A program made the position numbers and the translations under genes. From positions 32,001 to 96,000 of the forward strand of contig CAZUFC010000007.1 of the NCBI GenBank assembly GCA_964619725.1: a stretch of DNA of 64,000 nucleotides, in the 5' to 3' direction. Source of the stretch: an uncultured bacterium. Its GTDB lineage: Bacteria; CSSED10-310; CAZUFC01. Under the pieces are notes generated by a model that saw nothing but the letters and a program-made list of their open reading frames with translations, was not told the origin of the DNA and made no database searches. Positions 30,302 to 39,589 of this stretch are shown here, piece by piece. Within the stretch, counting starts at the first letter, position 1. Each line of letters opens with the position of its first letter.

Positions 30302-31150
30302 TCAAGCCGGTCTTCCCCGATCCCGTAAATACACGTCTATCCATTTGTCCCTGGTTTCCATTCGTATCCAGAATCCGGAATTGTATTTCCCCCCGCCGGA
30401 TATGCTGTATTCTGAATCGTCGATAGAACGGACAATTCTGTCCAGACCGTCCACATCATCCAGTGAAATTGAGTGTTCGGTTTTATTCTCTGTGCTTTGC
30501 TGTCCGTCAGAGTAATATTTCTGCAGCGCCTCCTGAAGCGCTGAGTCGTCGGTCACCAGGATCGACAGTTCGACTCTCAAAACAGATTCGATAAAGTCTA
30601 TAACCTCTCCATTGCCCGGATTCTCCATTACCGCCAGCAGCCTGTTGTGCCTCCAGTCCCATTCCAGGGGCAAAATTCCGGCATTGAGAGCAATGAACGG
30701 CGGTATCATCGCCAGCGTCTTCGCAGGAATATTCACCCTACGGACATCGATCCACGGCAGATTGTACTGCTTGCTCAAGGCAAGCGTTATATCACGCTCC
30801 TCAGCCAGTCCCATATCGACCAGTCGTCTGCCTATCTTCTCTTCCTTCCCATCCTCGTTTTTTAAAACCATGTCCAATTGCTCACCCGATATCTTCTTCA
30901 TGACAAGCAACTGCTCCCCAATCCTTAATTTAGGCTCTATCCTTCTTTTTCTTCTGTTTACGGACAATCCCGCCGATATCTTTTCCCGGATATAATTCAG
31001 TCGGCATTCCCGGGAGCAAAACCACATCCCTTCCCATTCCTCGCCTTTTCTCTTTGAAAACAGTCCGGCCAGACCCATAGATCGTTTTCCCGGACACTTC
31101 TCGTTACTGCATTTCCTGATCGGCATCATCTTTCGAACATCCTTGTTCAT
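30302..31150 (-). CDS. Stand-alone MshEN/GspE-N domain protein with Cys-containing N-terminus, no ATPase
   Basis: RIGEQLL..ISGEQL..L and KIGRRLVDMG..LALSKQYNLPWID; CSNEKC..CSREC. Confidence 0.8.
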   Translation of the reverse strand: MNKDVRKMMPIRKCSNEKCPGKRSMGLAGLFSKRKGEEWEGMWFCSRECRLNYIREKISAGLSVNRRKRRIEPKLRIGEQLLVMKKISGEQLDMVLKNEDGKEEKIGRRLVDMGLAEERDITLALSKQYNLPWIDVRRVNIPAKTLAMIPPFIALNAGILPLEWDWRHNRLLAVMENPGNGEVIDFIESVLRVELSILVTDDSALQEALQKYYSDGQQSTENKTEHSISLDDVDGLDRIVRSIDDSEYSISGGGKYNSGFWIRMETRDKWIDVYLRDRGRPA

Positions 31151-31601
31151 TCTCGGACAGCGGCGTCAGTTTTCTGAAAAATTTCTGGATCATCTCCACC
31201 TCCGCACGCGGCCTGTCTAAATTCTCAGCTATCTCCTGCGTCGTACATCCCTTATCCGTCATTGAACGCACGTCAGATAAGAATCCGTTCCCCTTACTAG
31301 ACAATAATTCGTTGTCGCCTCCCGACCTCTGCTTCACCATCTGACCCGCTAACGACAGTTTAAATTCCACTCCTTCACTCACCTGCTCGATCTTCTTTAA
31401 CTTCCTGTTCAGCCTTTTCTCCGCCTTGACCTGCTCCTTCAATTTCTCCTCCACCAGATGAGAAGCCTCTATCAGCCTCTCCTCCAATGAACCGTTGCGC
31501 CTTATGCTGAGAATCAAACCTGTTATCGTTATGCATGTTATTATGATTAAAGCAGTAATATTTACTGCCAGCATCCATGCCTGTAAGCCGTCCATAATCA
31601 T
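31104..31601 (-). CDS. Membrane-anchored coiled-coil protein with HTH-like C-terminus (DUF2802-like)
   Basis: N-terminal TM, coiled coil, GCTTQEIAENLDRPRAEVEMI. Confidence 0.7.
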   Translation of the reverse strand: MIMDGLQAWMLAVNITALIIITCITITGLILSIRRNGSLEERLIEASHLVEEKLKEQVKAEKRLNRKLKKIEQVSEGVEFKLSLAGQMVKQRSGGDNELLSSKGNGFLSDVRSMTDKGCTTQEIAENLDRPRAEVEMIQKFFRKLTPLSENEQGCSKDDADQEMQ

Positions 31602-31616
31602 ACGCCCCTGAACCCG

Positions 31617-31736
31617 TCAACTATTTCCGTACATTAAGTCCTTGACGCCCATGCTCCTGAAGTCGGCCCCCATTGCGACGGCCGAAAAATTTAAACGCTC
31701 CGGATAATTCGCTTCGGTTGTTTCTGATTTTTTCAT
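31617..31736 (-). CDS. Putative 39-aa small protein
   Basis: GAGGAG directly adjacent to the ATG and GGAG 10 nt upstream; MKKSETTEANYPERLNFSAVAMGADFRSMGVKDLMYGNS; fills an intra-operon gap. Confidence 0.4.
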   Translation of the reverse strand: MKKSETTEANYPERLNFSAVAMGADFRSMGVKDLMYGNS

Positions 31737-31777
31737 CTCCTCTAGGCTCCCTTGTATCCAGTAACTGACTATAATCC

Positions 31778-32110
31778 TCATATCTTGATATGAAGCAGCA
31801 TCCCCGGATAATTGTACATTCCCTCGACCATCCCCGTTTCCTCGCCTTCTTTAGAATCCTTTATTCCGGCTTCTGAACTGTTCGCTCCGTTCGTCCTGTT
31901 CCTCGCCCTCAACGCTACAGCATCTTTAGCGGTTTTCTTTCCATCCTGCCCATCTTTCTTTAAATCTCCGGCATATTCCTCTCCTAGGCTGAATCCCTCC
32001 TCCTCCTTCCTCCGTCTCCTTTGCTGTGAAGCAGTATTCTGTTTGATCCTGGTCGTTAAATTGTTCGCTGGTACGCTGTTTGTTTTGTTGACCATAATCA
32101 ACCCCCTCAT
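31778..32110 (-). CDS. Hypothetical protein, first gene after a sigma54 promoter
   Basis: ORF; likely start MVNKTN after GAGGGG; hydrophilic. Confidence 0.65.
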   Translation of the reverse strand: MRGLIMVNKTNSVPANNLTTRIKQNTASQQRRRRKEEEGFSLGEEYAGDLKKDGQDGKKTAKDAVALRARNRTNGANSSEAGIKDSKEGEETGMVEGMYNYPGMLLHIKI

Positions 32111-32123
32111 CCGTTATTTTTTC

Positions 32124-32140
32124 AGCAATTTATGTGCCTA
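32124..32140 (-). promoter_or_regulatory. Sigma54 promoter
   Basis: TAGGCACATAAATTGCT (GG-N10-GC). Confidence 0.85.
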
Positions 32141-32225
32141 ACTGCTCTTTTTCATTAAATCCAATACTTTGCATTTGTTCGCACCTCTTCAAAATCGCAC
32201 CTTTCCGTCAAACTACCGAATTTTC

Positions 32226-32239
32226 GTCATCAAATTGAC
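32226..32239. promoter_or_regulatory. FleQ-box-like activator site
   Basis: GTCATCAAATTGAC about 90 bp upstream of the sigma54 promoter; weaker partner GTCAAACTACCGAA at 32207-32220. Confidence 0.6.
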
Positions 32240-32492
32240 ATGTCCGGCGGTATAATAATTGCACAATGACTGTCCGGGTCCGGAAAAGTGGCCGGCCCGC
32301 GGGGTTGTTCGTGTTATCGTCATTTTACCCTGAGTTCTCATTTTTAGTTAATATTTTTTGTTTTTCGGATTCTTTTTCGCTCAACGAAAAAACAAAAAAA
32401 AGCATAAAGAGGAAGGATCGTTGGACAGACGGCGATCCGAGTACGCATGCAGGCACAGTTTTCGTCTGCAGGAATTATGGTTTAATTAAGGA

Positions 32493-33518
32493 GTGAATAT
32501 TTACATGGACCAATCGGTATTATTGCTTAACGATTTCAATATGGTAGGAAAAAGCAAGGCGATGAATGAGGTATTCGAGTTGATCCGGCTGGTTGCTCCC
32601 ACCAGAAGCACAGTGCTGATCCAGGGAGAAAGCGGAACAGGAAAAGAGCTGGTGGCTCAGGCCATCCACAATTCCAGCAACCGGCGCCGTAAAAAAATGA
32701 TTTGCATCAACTGCGCAGCCATCCCGAAAGACCTGCTTGAAGATGAACTTTTCGGCCATGAGAAGGGCGCTTTCACCAATGCAGTCAACAGAAAACCCGG
32801 AAAATTCGAATTGGCTGACGAAGGCACCCTGCTGCTCGATGAAATCGGCGATATGCCCATGGACCTGCAGGTCAAACTCTTAAGGATTCTTCAGGATCAG
32901 GAAATTTTCAGAATAGGCGGAACCACGCCCAGGAAAGTTGACGTCAGAGTAATAGCAGCTACGAACTCCAACCTAGAAAAACTCGTTGCCGAAAATAAAT
33001 TCAGAAGAGACCTCTACTACCGATTGAACGTCATTACCGTCAGAGTTCCGGCGCTTCGCGAAAGAAAAGAGGACATACCGGTTCTGAGCCGTTTTTTCCT
33101 GGAAAAGATATGCAGGCAAAACGATATCATGAACAAAACCTTATCCGATGACTTCCTCAGGGAAGCCCTGAATTACGACTGGCCCGGCAACGTCAGAGAA
33201 CTGGAGAACGCGGTAGAACGCGCCGCTGTTCTGTCCGGATGTAAGGAAGACCTCACATCCGCTTACCTTACTTCTGGAGAGGACAAAAATAATTCCGACC
33301 TCTGGAATACCAGTCATCCCCTGTCAGCCATCCCCGGAAGCGGCATTTGCCTGAAGTCCCTCGTAACCGAATATGAAAAAAAACTCATTGTTCAAGCGCT
33401 GAAAAAAAGCCGGGGTAAAAAGAACAGGGCCGCACGGTTGCTTAACGTTAAACGCACCACACTGGTGGAAAAAATAAAACGTCTTAATCTCAATCCCGAA
33501 ATCAGCGTCAACGTTTGA
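32493..33518 (+). CDS. Sigma54-dependent activator, FleQ/FlrA-like, without N-terminal sensory domain
   Basis: [50 protein letters not shown] ending RTTLVEK; start may be ATG 32505. Confidence 0.92.
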   Translation: MNIYMDQSVLLLNDFNMVGKSKAMNEVFELIRLVAPTRSTVLIQGESGTGKELVAQAIHNSSNRRRKKMICINCAAIPKDLLEDELFGHEKGAFTNAVNRKPGKFELADEGTLLLDEIGDMPMDLQVKLLRILQDQEIFRIGGTTPRKVDVRVIAATNSNLEKLVAENKFRRDLYYRLNVITVRVPALRERKEDIPVLSRFFLEKICRQNDIMNKTLSDDFLREALNYDWPGNVRELENAVERAAVLSGCKEDLTSAYLTSGEDKNNSDLWNTSHPLSAIPGSGICLKSLVTEYEKKLIVQALKKSRGKKNRAARLLNVKRTTLVEKIKRLNLNPEISVNV

Positions 33519-33618
33519 ATTCTGGTTCGACTCTGTTAGTTTTTTAATGTCCCGTATAGATTTCAGTCAGCGCTAATTGTAACCTCAAAACATTATCTTT
33601 CAATCATTGTCATAATCA

Positions 33619-34824
33619 TTATCCCCGGGAACCCAGATTCATTTCCGCTGCTGCAGGACATAACTGACGTAAAACCCTTTTCCTTCTTCTGAAATCTATG
33701 CTTTCTCTTCCTGCAGGCAAATCGCATTTCGAAAGCGCTTTTCTCTCCGCTGTTTTAAAAATCTCCGTCCATAAATGAAAATATCGGTCCTCCCAAAAAC
33801 TGATACGGATCGCTTTATATGGTATAGGAACCGTCAAGTCCGATTGAAGAACTTCAAAAAGATTTTCCTGCAGGTTTCTCCAAATTCCGCTCAGCTTGCT
33901 TAATTCCCTGCTCAGAGATGCAAAATTGATCTTCATGGATGGACCCATATTCTCTCTGCTCATTCGCTCTTCCGTCTCTGAAAATCTCTTTATCACTTCT
34001 TCCGCTTCTCCCTTTTCGGATCGATTCAGATGATATTCGATTAACTTTGCATAGGGAACAGGGTCTTTCACTCCCTTTTCAATCAACTCTGTTAAAATGC
34101 TGACCGCTCGCGGCTCATTGCCATGGTCCCACAAAAAAAGTCCGAATCTCATCTTGCCCTCATCATCCAAATTTCTGCTGAAAGCTTCGTCAGCAAAATG
34201 CAATGACTCGTCATAATTTCCCTGGCGTCCCAAAAGAAAAGATTTCTGAAGATAAAGTCTTGGAGAATGCTCATCCCGACTCAATCCTTCTTCAACGTAA
34301 AACATGGCCTCATCATATTCGCCGCTCGCCTTCAGCGTTTCGCTCAGTTCATAGAATAGGTTACTCTGTCTGGGCCATAATTTAATGCCGTTCTTCAATT
34401 CCTTTTCGGCAGCCTCCAGTTGTCCTACATGGCGTCGCGTCAAACCGGCAAACAATGCCGGCACAGAGGGAAAATGGCGGAAATAATACCAGACCGTATG
34501 CAGCCGGCGTCCCGTTTTTACTTTTTCATCGAATCTCATTAACAAGTCATCATAATCGCCGTATTCATCCCTTAAAACATTATTTGCGGCATTCGCTCCC
34601 TTCACCGTCATACTTTCCAGACGATCTGAAAGCATCTTTTCATCCGCCTGCGCATCTCGTTTAAACCGTAAGCCCCAGTATTCCATTTCTTCACTATGAA
34701 TATAACTCAAACCCGGCTTATCTTCGATATTCGCAACAGCTTTCGCATATTCAGCATGTATGCTGCGAAGGCTCTCGACACATCGCCCCGGTATCTCTTT
34801 TCTCTCCCAATCGCTTCTTCCCAT
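33619..34824 (-). CDS. TPR-repeat protein
   Basis: GQLEAAEKELKNGI, GEYDEAMFYVEEGL, GNYDESLHFADEA. Confidence 0.75.
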   Translation of the reverse strand: MGRSDWERKEIPGRCVESLRSIHAEYAKAVANIEDKPGLSYIHSEEMEYWGLRFKRDAQADEKMLSDRLESMTVKGANAANNVLRDEYGDYDDLLMRFDEKVKTGRRLHTVWYYFRHFPSVPALFAGLTRRHVGQLEAAEKELKNGIKLWPRQSNLFYELSETLKASGEYDEAMFYVEEGLSRDEHSPRLYLQKSFLLGRQGNYDESLHFADEAFSRNLDDEGKMRFGLFLWDHGNEPRAVSILTELIEKGVKDPVPYAKLIEYHLNRSEKGEAEEVIKRFSETEERMSRENMGPSMKINFASLSRELSKLSGIWRNLQENLFEVLQSDLTVPIPYKAIRISFWEDRYFHLWTEIFKTAERKALSKCDLPAGRESIDFRRRKRVLRQLCPAAAEMNLGSRG

Positions 34825-35027
34825 CTGCCTATCCCCTCATATTTCAACTTGACCTGAAATTTATACTGTCTATTATTCATTCTTACTATTTCTGTCAAAG
34901 TATTTTATCCGCCGGCGCTGAAAGAGCTGCTTCTATCTCAATCTCCAGCCCACCCCTGACCAAAATCGAAACTAAGTATATTCTGAATAATTATTTCGGT
35001 CAAGCGACAGATGCCGAATGAATCATC

Positions 35028-35180
35028 CGGGACTGATCAAAGAGCAGTCACACTTCTTTCAATACTTTTGACGGGACTTATCAAACCGGGGTAACAATTT
35101 CTTGAAAACTTTTGACAGTTTGTTTCAGTAATCGGGGGTCGGGCTCGGTATCGCAATCGCAATCGGAATCGAAACTAAAT
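35028..35180 (+). repeat. Two tandem 44-bp units plus an (ATCGNN)n tract; copy 1 of a ~100-bp direct repeat
   Basis: CGGGACTGATCAAA..CTTTTGA (35028-35071) and CGGGACTTATCAAACCGGGG..CTTTTGA (35072-35115); inverted partial copy at 35352-35378. Confidence 0.85.
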
Positions 35181-35730
35181 GGGGAAATTCGGAATAATTG
35201 ATCAAAAACAGATGATTTCGGTTTACACTTACTAATGCCTGGGCATGTATCTCGAGGGCTCGCCTGTGCCCATACCCGCAAACGAACCTGAGCACGGTCG
35301 CTGGACCGGAAAGGGCCGCAGATTTTCCAATGAACGCATGAAAAATAATGTGAAAGTTACCCCATCTGATCAGTCCCGGTTCACTGTTGAAATATTGTTG
35401 ATATTCCTGCAATAAATTGTTATTATGAAAGGTGTGGGATTGAAGGGGACCGGAAATTAACTTTCCATTTCGTTACTCTTATTTCATTATCGGATATAGA
35501 ATAAAAACAAAACTGGTTGAACCGAAATGTCGAAAAGTCTTTTCAACCTTCGGCAGGAACCCGCTCTCCTCAAAGAGAATGCCATAATTGCACTTTAACT
35601 CCGTTTCCTTATCCTGAGATAATAATCAATCACATCGAATGATCTCATTAGATTCGTTTAATAACCTGTTTCAGCGTCCGGCAAAAGGCGCCTGATCTCA
35701 AAATAATCTGAATAAGGAGGAATACGTCAA

Positions 35731-36420
35731 ATGTCGCAGCTCAGGTTACTTGATGTTAAAAGCGTAAAAAAAGAATATGAAGATTTCGAGGGTCCTTATC
35801 AAATCCCGGAATCTTTGCTGGGCCGCATCCTGGATGCATATGATGAAACCGAAATCACACTTTTTACTCCGGAAAATTCCAGAGCCGGTTATATGGATAT
35901 CCATGAAATGAATATCCTGGTAAAGGCAACAAAATGCCTTGATCCAATCAACATTTTCGAAATCGGTACCTTTGACGGGTTAACAGCCTTGAATCTGGCC
36001 AATAATACGACAGCCCGGGTTTTTACGCTGGACCTGCCTGCAACTGATATTTCTCAAGCCAAATTTCTTTTAAACAAATTTAATGTATCTCTGGTTCAAA
36101 AACCGGAAATAGGCGCGTTCATAAAAGATGATCCGCGAATAGTTCAGCTTTTCGGAGATTCAGCTCAATTCGATTATTCTCCCTATATCGGAAGCATGGA
36201 CATGGTTCTGGTAGACGGTTGCCATTCCTATGAATACTGCAAAAGCGATTCCTTTAAAGCTTTTCAGATGGTCCGAAAGGGGGGAATCGTATTCTGGCAC
36301 GATTACAATAAGGTTCGGGACTTACCCGGCGTCACATCCTGCCTTCACGAATTCGCCCGCTCAGGGAAAAAGTTGTACTGGATAAGAGACACTTCCCTCG
36401 TTCTTTATGTAAACGTTTAA
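35731..36420 (+). CDS. Class I SAM-dependent methyltransferase (Methyltransf_24-like)
   Basis: IFEIGTFDG, LFGDS, VLVDGCHSYE, GGIVFWHDY; AAGGAGG RBS. Confidence 0.9.
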   Translation: MSQLRLLDVKSVKKEYEDFEGPYQIPESLLGRILDAYDETEITLFTPENSRAGYMDIHEMNILVKATKCLDPINIFEIGTFDGLTALNLANNTTARVFTLDLPATDISQAKFLLNKFNVSLVQKPEIGAFIKDDPRIVQLFGDSAQFDYSPYIGSMDMVLVDGCHSYEYCKSDSFKAFQMVRKGGIVFWHDYNKVRDLPGVTSCLHEFARSGKKLYWIRDTSLVLYVNV

Positions 36421-36430
36421 TAAATTTATT

Positions 36431-36527
36431 CAGGACTGATCAAACCGGGGTTACACTTCTTTGAAAATTTTTGACGGTTTATTTCAGCAATCGGGGTCGG
36501 TATCGGGATCGCAATCGAAACAAAATG
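36431..36527 (+). repeat. Copy 2 of the ~100-bp direct repeat
   Basis: CAGGACTGATCAAACCGGGGTTACAC..TTTTGAC..TTTCAGCAATCGGGG..ATCGAAAC aligns with 35072-35180. Confidence 0.85.
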
Positions 36528-36612
36528 ACTGGATATTCTGTAAAATTGTAACCTCAAAAGACGTATTTTTGATCAATGCCGAAAATTGTAATCTTGAAAT
36601 GTGCCCTTCTGA

Positions 36613-37821
36613 TCAATTCCCACAATTCTTGTCACTTTTTTCAGAAACCCTGGATTCGAGTATCATTCTCGTAAATAATTTTGTGTATTTCTCAAGTGTA
36701 ACTTCCCACAGAAACTTTTCTCTAACCGTGTTTAATCCCTGTCGAGCGATAGCCGTTGTTTTTTCTTTATTACCAGTTAATTGCATAATTGCCTCGGTAA
36801 TTTCATCGACACAGCTCGGTTTAAAGGTTAATGCATTTTTACCATGCACTGCGATATCGAGCGTCCCTTCAACGGCGGAACAAATCACCGGAATGCCGCA
36901 GGCCATGGCCTCCAGTATGACTATTCCCAGTCCTTCGCTGTAAGTAGGCAGGATGAAGAGGTCTGCGGCATGCAGAAAAGTTTTTGGATTCTCTGCATAT
37001 CCTACGATCTCAATGTGGTTCAGCATCCCGATATTCACAATTTTTTCCTTGATTTGAGCGAGATAGTCATCATCTTTAAACGCGCCCACAAGGTAACCTT
37101 TTAAATTTTCTCTATGAGAACGGCGTTTGAATTTTGCGAGGGCTTTAATGAAATCCAGTTGCCCTTTTCTAGGTTCGATGACGCCGAGTTCGACAGCGAC
37201 GAACTGATCGCCGGCTATGCCGAGCGCATCACGCGCAATACGACGTGATTTTTTGTTAACGGGATCGATTTCACGCCTCTTCAAGCCCGGATGAATGACC
37301 TCAATTGCTTCTTTCCTGAGTCCTTTTTTTACGAGGAAATTTCTGTAATAGTGAGAATCGCATACGATCCTGTCGCACCGGGAGAAGGCGTTTAAATCAT
37401 CCCGGTCCATCCAGGAAGGTCTTTCCGGGTTCCAGCTATGAAAAACGGCAATCAGGGGCGCGCTGACTCCCACTGTTTCCATGGCTTTTTTAGCTATTGC
37501 TGCGGGAACGCCGGCATGCGCATTAATCAAATCGAAATCATTGCTCCTGATCAATCGAATCATCTCTTCAGTCGCCTCTTCCATCGCTTTTTCATCCCTG
37601 TGAAAAAGATCGACCACATGGTAAGCGATACCGTCTTTCTCCAACGCTTCAACATACTGTTCCCAGTCCGGATAGGCTCCTTTCGATCCCGAAGAGACGA
37701 CAGCAACCTTATGTCCTTCAGCAGAAAGACCCAACGCCAGATCGGTTATCACTCGCCCTGCGCCGGACTGCAGCATCGGCGCGGCGATAAGAAATTCATA
37801 TTTTTTCTGTAATTCATCCAT
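36613..37821 (-). CDS. GT4 glycosyltransferase
   Basis: GVIEPRKG, EGLGIVILEAMACGIPVI. Confidence 0.92.
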   Translation of the reverse strand: MDELQKKYEFLIAAPMLQSGAGRVITDLALGLSAEGHKVAVVSSGSKGAYPDWEQYVEALEKDGIAYHVVDLFHRDEKAMEEATEEMIRLIRSNDFDLINAHAGVPAAIAKKAMETVGVSAPLIAVFHSWNPERPSWMDRDDLNAFSRCDRIVCDSHYYRNFLVKKGLRKEAIEVIHPGLKRREIDPVNKKSRRIARDALGIAGDQFVAVELGVIEPRKGQLDFIKALAKFKRRSHRENLKGYLVGAFKDDDYLAQIKEKIVNIGMLNHIEIVGYAENPKTFLHAADLFILPTYSEGLGIVILEAMACGIPVICSAVEGTLDIAVHGKNALTFKPSCVDEITEAIMQLTGNKEKTTAIARQGLNTVREKFLWEVTLEKYTKLFTRMILESRVSEKSDKNCGN

Positions 37822-37839
37822 TCTTTATGACTTTATCCC

Positions 37840-38955
37840 TCACTCTCCGATCATTTTCCGGTAAACATTCAAAGTTTCCCGGGCTGTTCTTGACCAGGAA
37901 AATTGCTTTGCGCGCTGTTTTGCCATGTCGGCCAGTTTGAGGCTCCGGCATCGGCAAGTAAGCGCTTCGGTCATCTTATTTTTCAACTCAGAAACATTTT
38001 TTGGATCAAAATATTCCGCGCCGTCATCCATGAGGCTTCGAAAAACCGGCCGGTTGGACACCAGCAAGGGGCAACCGCATGCAGCCGCTTCGAGCACGGG
38101 CAGCCCGAATCCCTCGTCAAAGCCGGCGAAAACGAATAACGCGGCTGCATGATACAGCGCCAGCAACTCCTGGTCTGACGGCGAATGTGCAATTACTATC
38201 TGGCCGGAAACAGGGCATTCCTCCAAAGCTTTGTGGAATTCACCCGTTTTCCATCCCCAGCGTCCTGCGATAACGAGCCTTCCCCGGTATTTTTCCTTTT
38301 CGACCATCTCGGAGAATGCCTTGATGATGAGCGAGTGATTCTTTCGCGGCTCGATCGTTCCCACGGTCAATACGAATCCGTTCTCAAGTCCGTATTTTTT
38401 CTTGACTCTGACGACGTTGCTCTTTTCAGGCGATTGATTGAATATGGGCGCCGGCGCCAGGGGCGCCACTTCGATTTTATGATCGGGAACGCCCAGGTAT
38501 TTTTTTATATCCGCGGCTGTCTGTTCGGCATCCGTGATGATTTCAGAGGCGATTCCAGCGCCGTAAACCCACTGATCCCTCATTTGCTCGACGGTTCTTT
38601 CGGGAAAAAACTGGGGATATTTCAACGGAAAAACATCGTGGATCGTCTGGACGCTTCTGCATGAAGCGTATCGAGGCGGAGCGCCGAATGGAGCGTGGAA
38701 AATATCTAGATCGAATTTCCGGCTGAAGTACGTGAAAAAGACCTGTTCATTAAATCTTCTGAAAGGAATGCCGGCCTGTACGTAAGTGACGTTGGGCAGA
38801 CGAATGGGATTCCGGTCACAATTCTTATTGTGAAAAAGAATGAACTCCAGGTCAGGAGCCTGCTGCGGCATCTCCCTCATCAACTCTTTTACGTACCGGC
38901 TTATGCCGCCCCTTTTCAACGCTGCCAGTCTGTAATCGATCCCGATCCTTTTCAT
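37840..38955 (-). CDS. GT4 glycosyltransferase (mannosyltransferase-like)
   Basis: GISRY, TIHD, VGTIEPRKN, EGFGLPVLEAAACG. Confidence 0.92.
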   Translation of the reverse strand: MKRIGIDYRLAALKRGGISRYVKELMREMPQQAPDLEFILFHNKNCDRNPIRLPNVTYVQAGIPFRRFNEQVFFTYFSRKFDLDIFHAPFGAPPRYASCRSVQTIHDVFPLKYPQFFPERTVEQMRDQWVYGAGIASEIITDAEQTAADIKKYLGVPDHKIEVAPLAPAPIFNQSPEKSNVVRVKKKYGLENGFVLTVGTIEPRKNHSLIIKAFSEMVEKEKYRGRLVIAGRWGWKTGEFHKALEECPVSGQIVIAHSPSDQELLALYHAAALFVFAGFDEGFGLPVLEAAACGCPLLVSNRPVFRSLMDDGAEYFDPKNVSELKNKMTEALTCRCRSLKLADMAKQRAKQFSWSRTARETLNVYRKMIGE

Positions 38956-39000
38956 GAGATTATCTCTTCTCTGAAAAATCCAACTGAAGGCGTCATCTTT

Positions 39001-39546
39001 TCACTTCAGCCGGTCAGACAACTTCTCCCATTCTTTTACCAGCTCATTAACCGCAATCCTGTATAAATAGAGGGGCAGCGCCGCCGACCAGGCCTTTATT
39101 CTCGATCGAAGCGTCCTGTAAAACACATTCACGTTCAAAGGTTCAGGCTCCGAATCTTCCAACCATCTGTATACGGAATTTTTAGGTCGCCTTAATAAAA
39201 GCAGAGTCAGCGAAACATTCAGATAACTTTCTCCCGTCCCACAGGGCACGGTAAAGCATATCTCCTGGAAGTCACGCTTCAGGCTCCACAGCAGCAGGTT
39301 GAAACTCCTCAAGGGACTGATATTGCTTTTGCCGTAACGCGGAATCATTCGGCATTCGTCTCTCCTTGATCTCTCCAGCGAATGATAGTACTCCCTCGAA
39401 CAATAAAGAAACAGATTTTCGTCCTTATATCGCCCTGCGAGTCCGCTCCACATATTATTCAATGTTCCCGCATCACAGCATGGAACGATGAGTATATCTG
39501 AACTGCTTGCTTTTAACCCCGTATTATCTTTATCGATTGTGCTCAT
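39001..39546 (-). CDS. Hypothetical protein in the glycosylation island
   Basis: In-operon ORF; start moved to MSTIDK (39546) to avoid overlap. Confidence 0.6.
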   Translation of the reverse strand: MSTIDKDNTGLKASSSDILIVPCCDAGTLNNMWSGLAGRYKDENLFLYCSREYYHSLERSRRDECRMIPRYGKSNISPLRSFNLLLWSLKRDFQEICFTVPCGTGESYLNVSLTLLLLRRPKNSVYRWLEDSEPEPLNVNVFYRTLRSRIKAWSAALPLYLYRIAVNELVKEWEKLSDRLK

Positions 39547-39589
39547 CAGAAAAACGGCAGAAGGAAGCAGAGCGCCCAAAACAGGAAAA

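Noticed and set aside
32235-32256. TTGACA..TATAAT sigma70 promoter
   Set aside because: Spacer is only 10 bp; the TTGAC is better explained as half of the GTC-N8-GAC box
32450-32466. Sigma54-like site CAGGCACAGTTTTCGT before the activator
   Set aside because: The -12 element is GT rather than GC; too weak to call
32266-32496. ORF as a split N-terminal domain of the activator
   Set aside because: No receiver or FleQ-N features; overlaps AT-rich regulatory DNA
35028-35180. Possible CRISPR array or integron attC sites
   Set aside because: Only two adjacent degenerate units, no spacers, no cas or integrase gene, no attC core pairing
35081-35412. Short minus-strand ORFs with DSDCDCD or IPIAIAIP tracts
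   Set aside because: Translations of the (ATCGNN)n repeat with no other coding evidence
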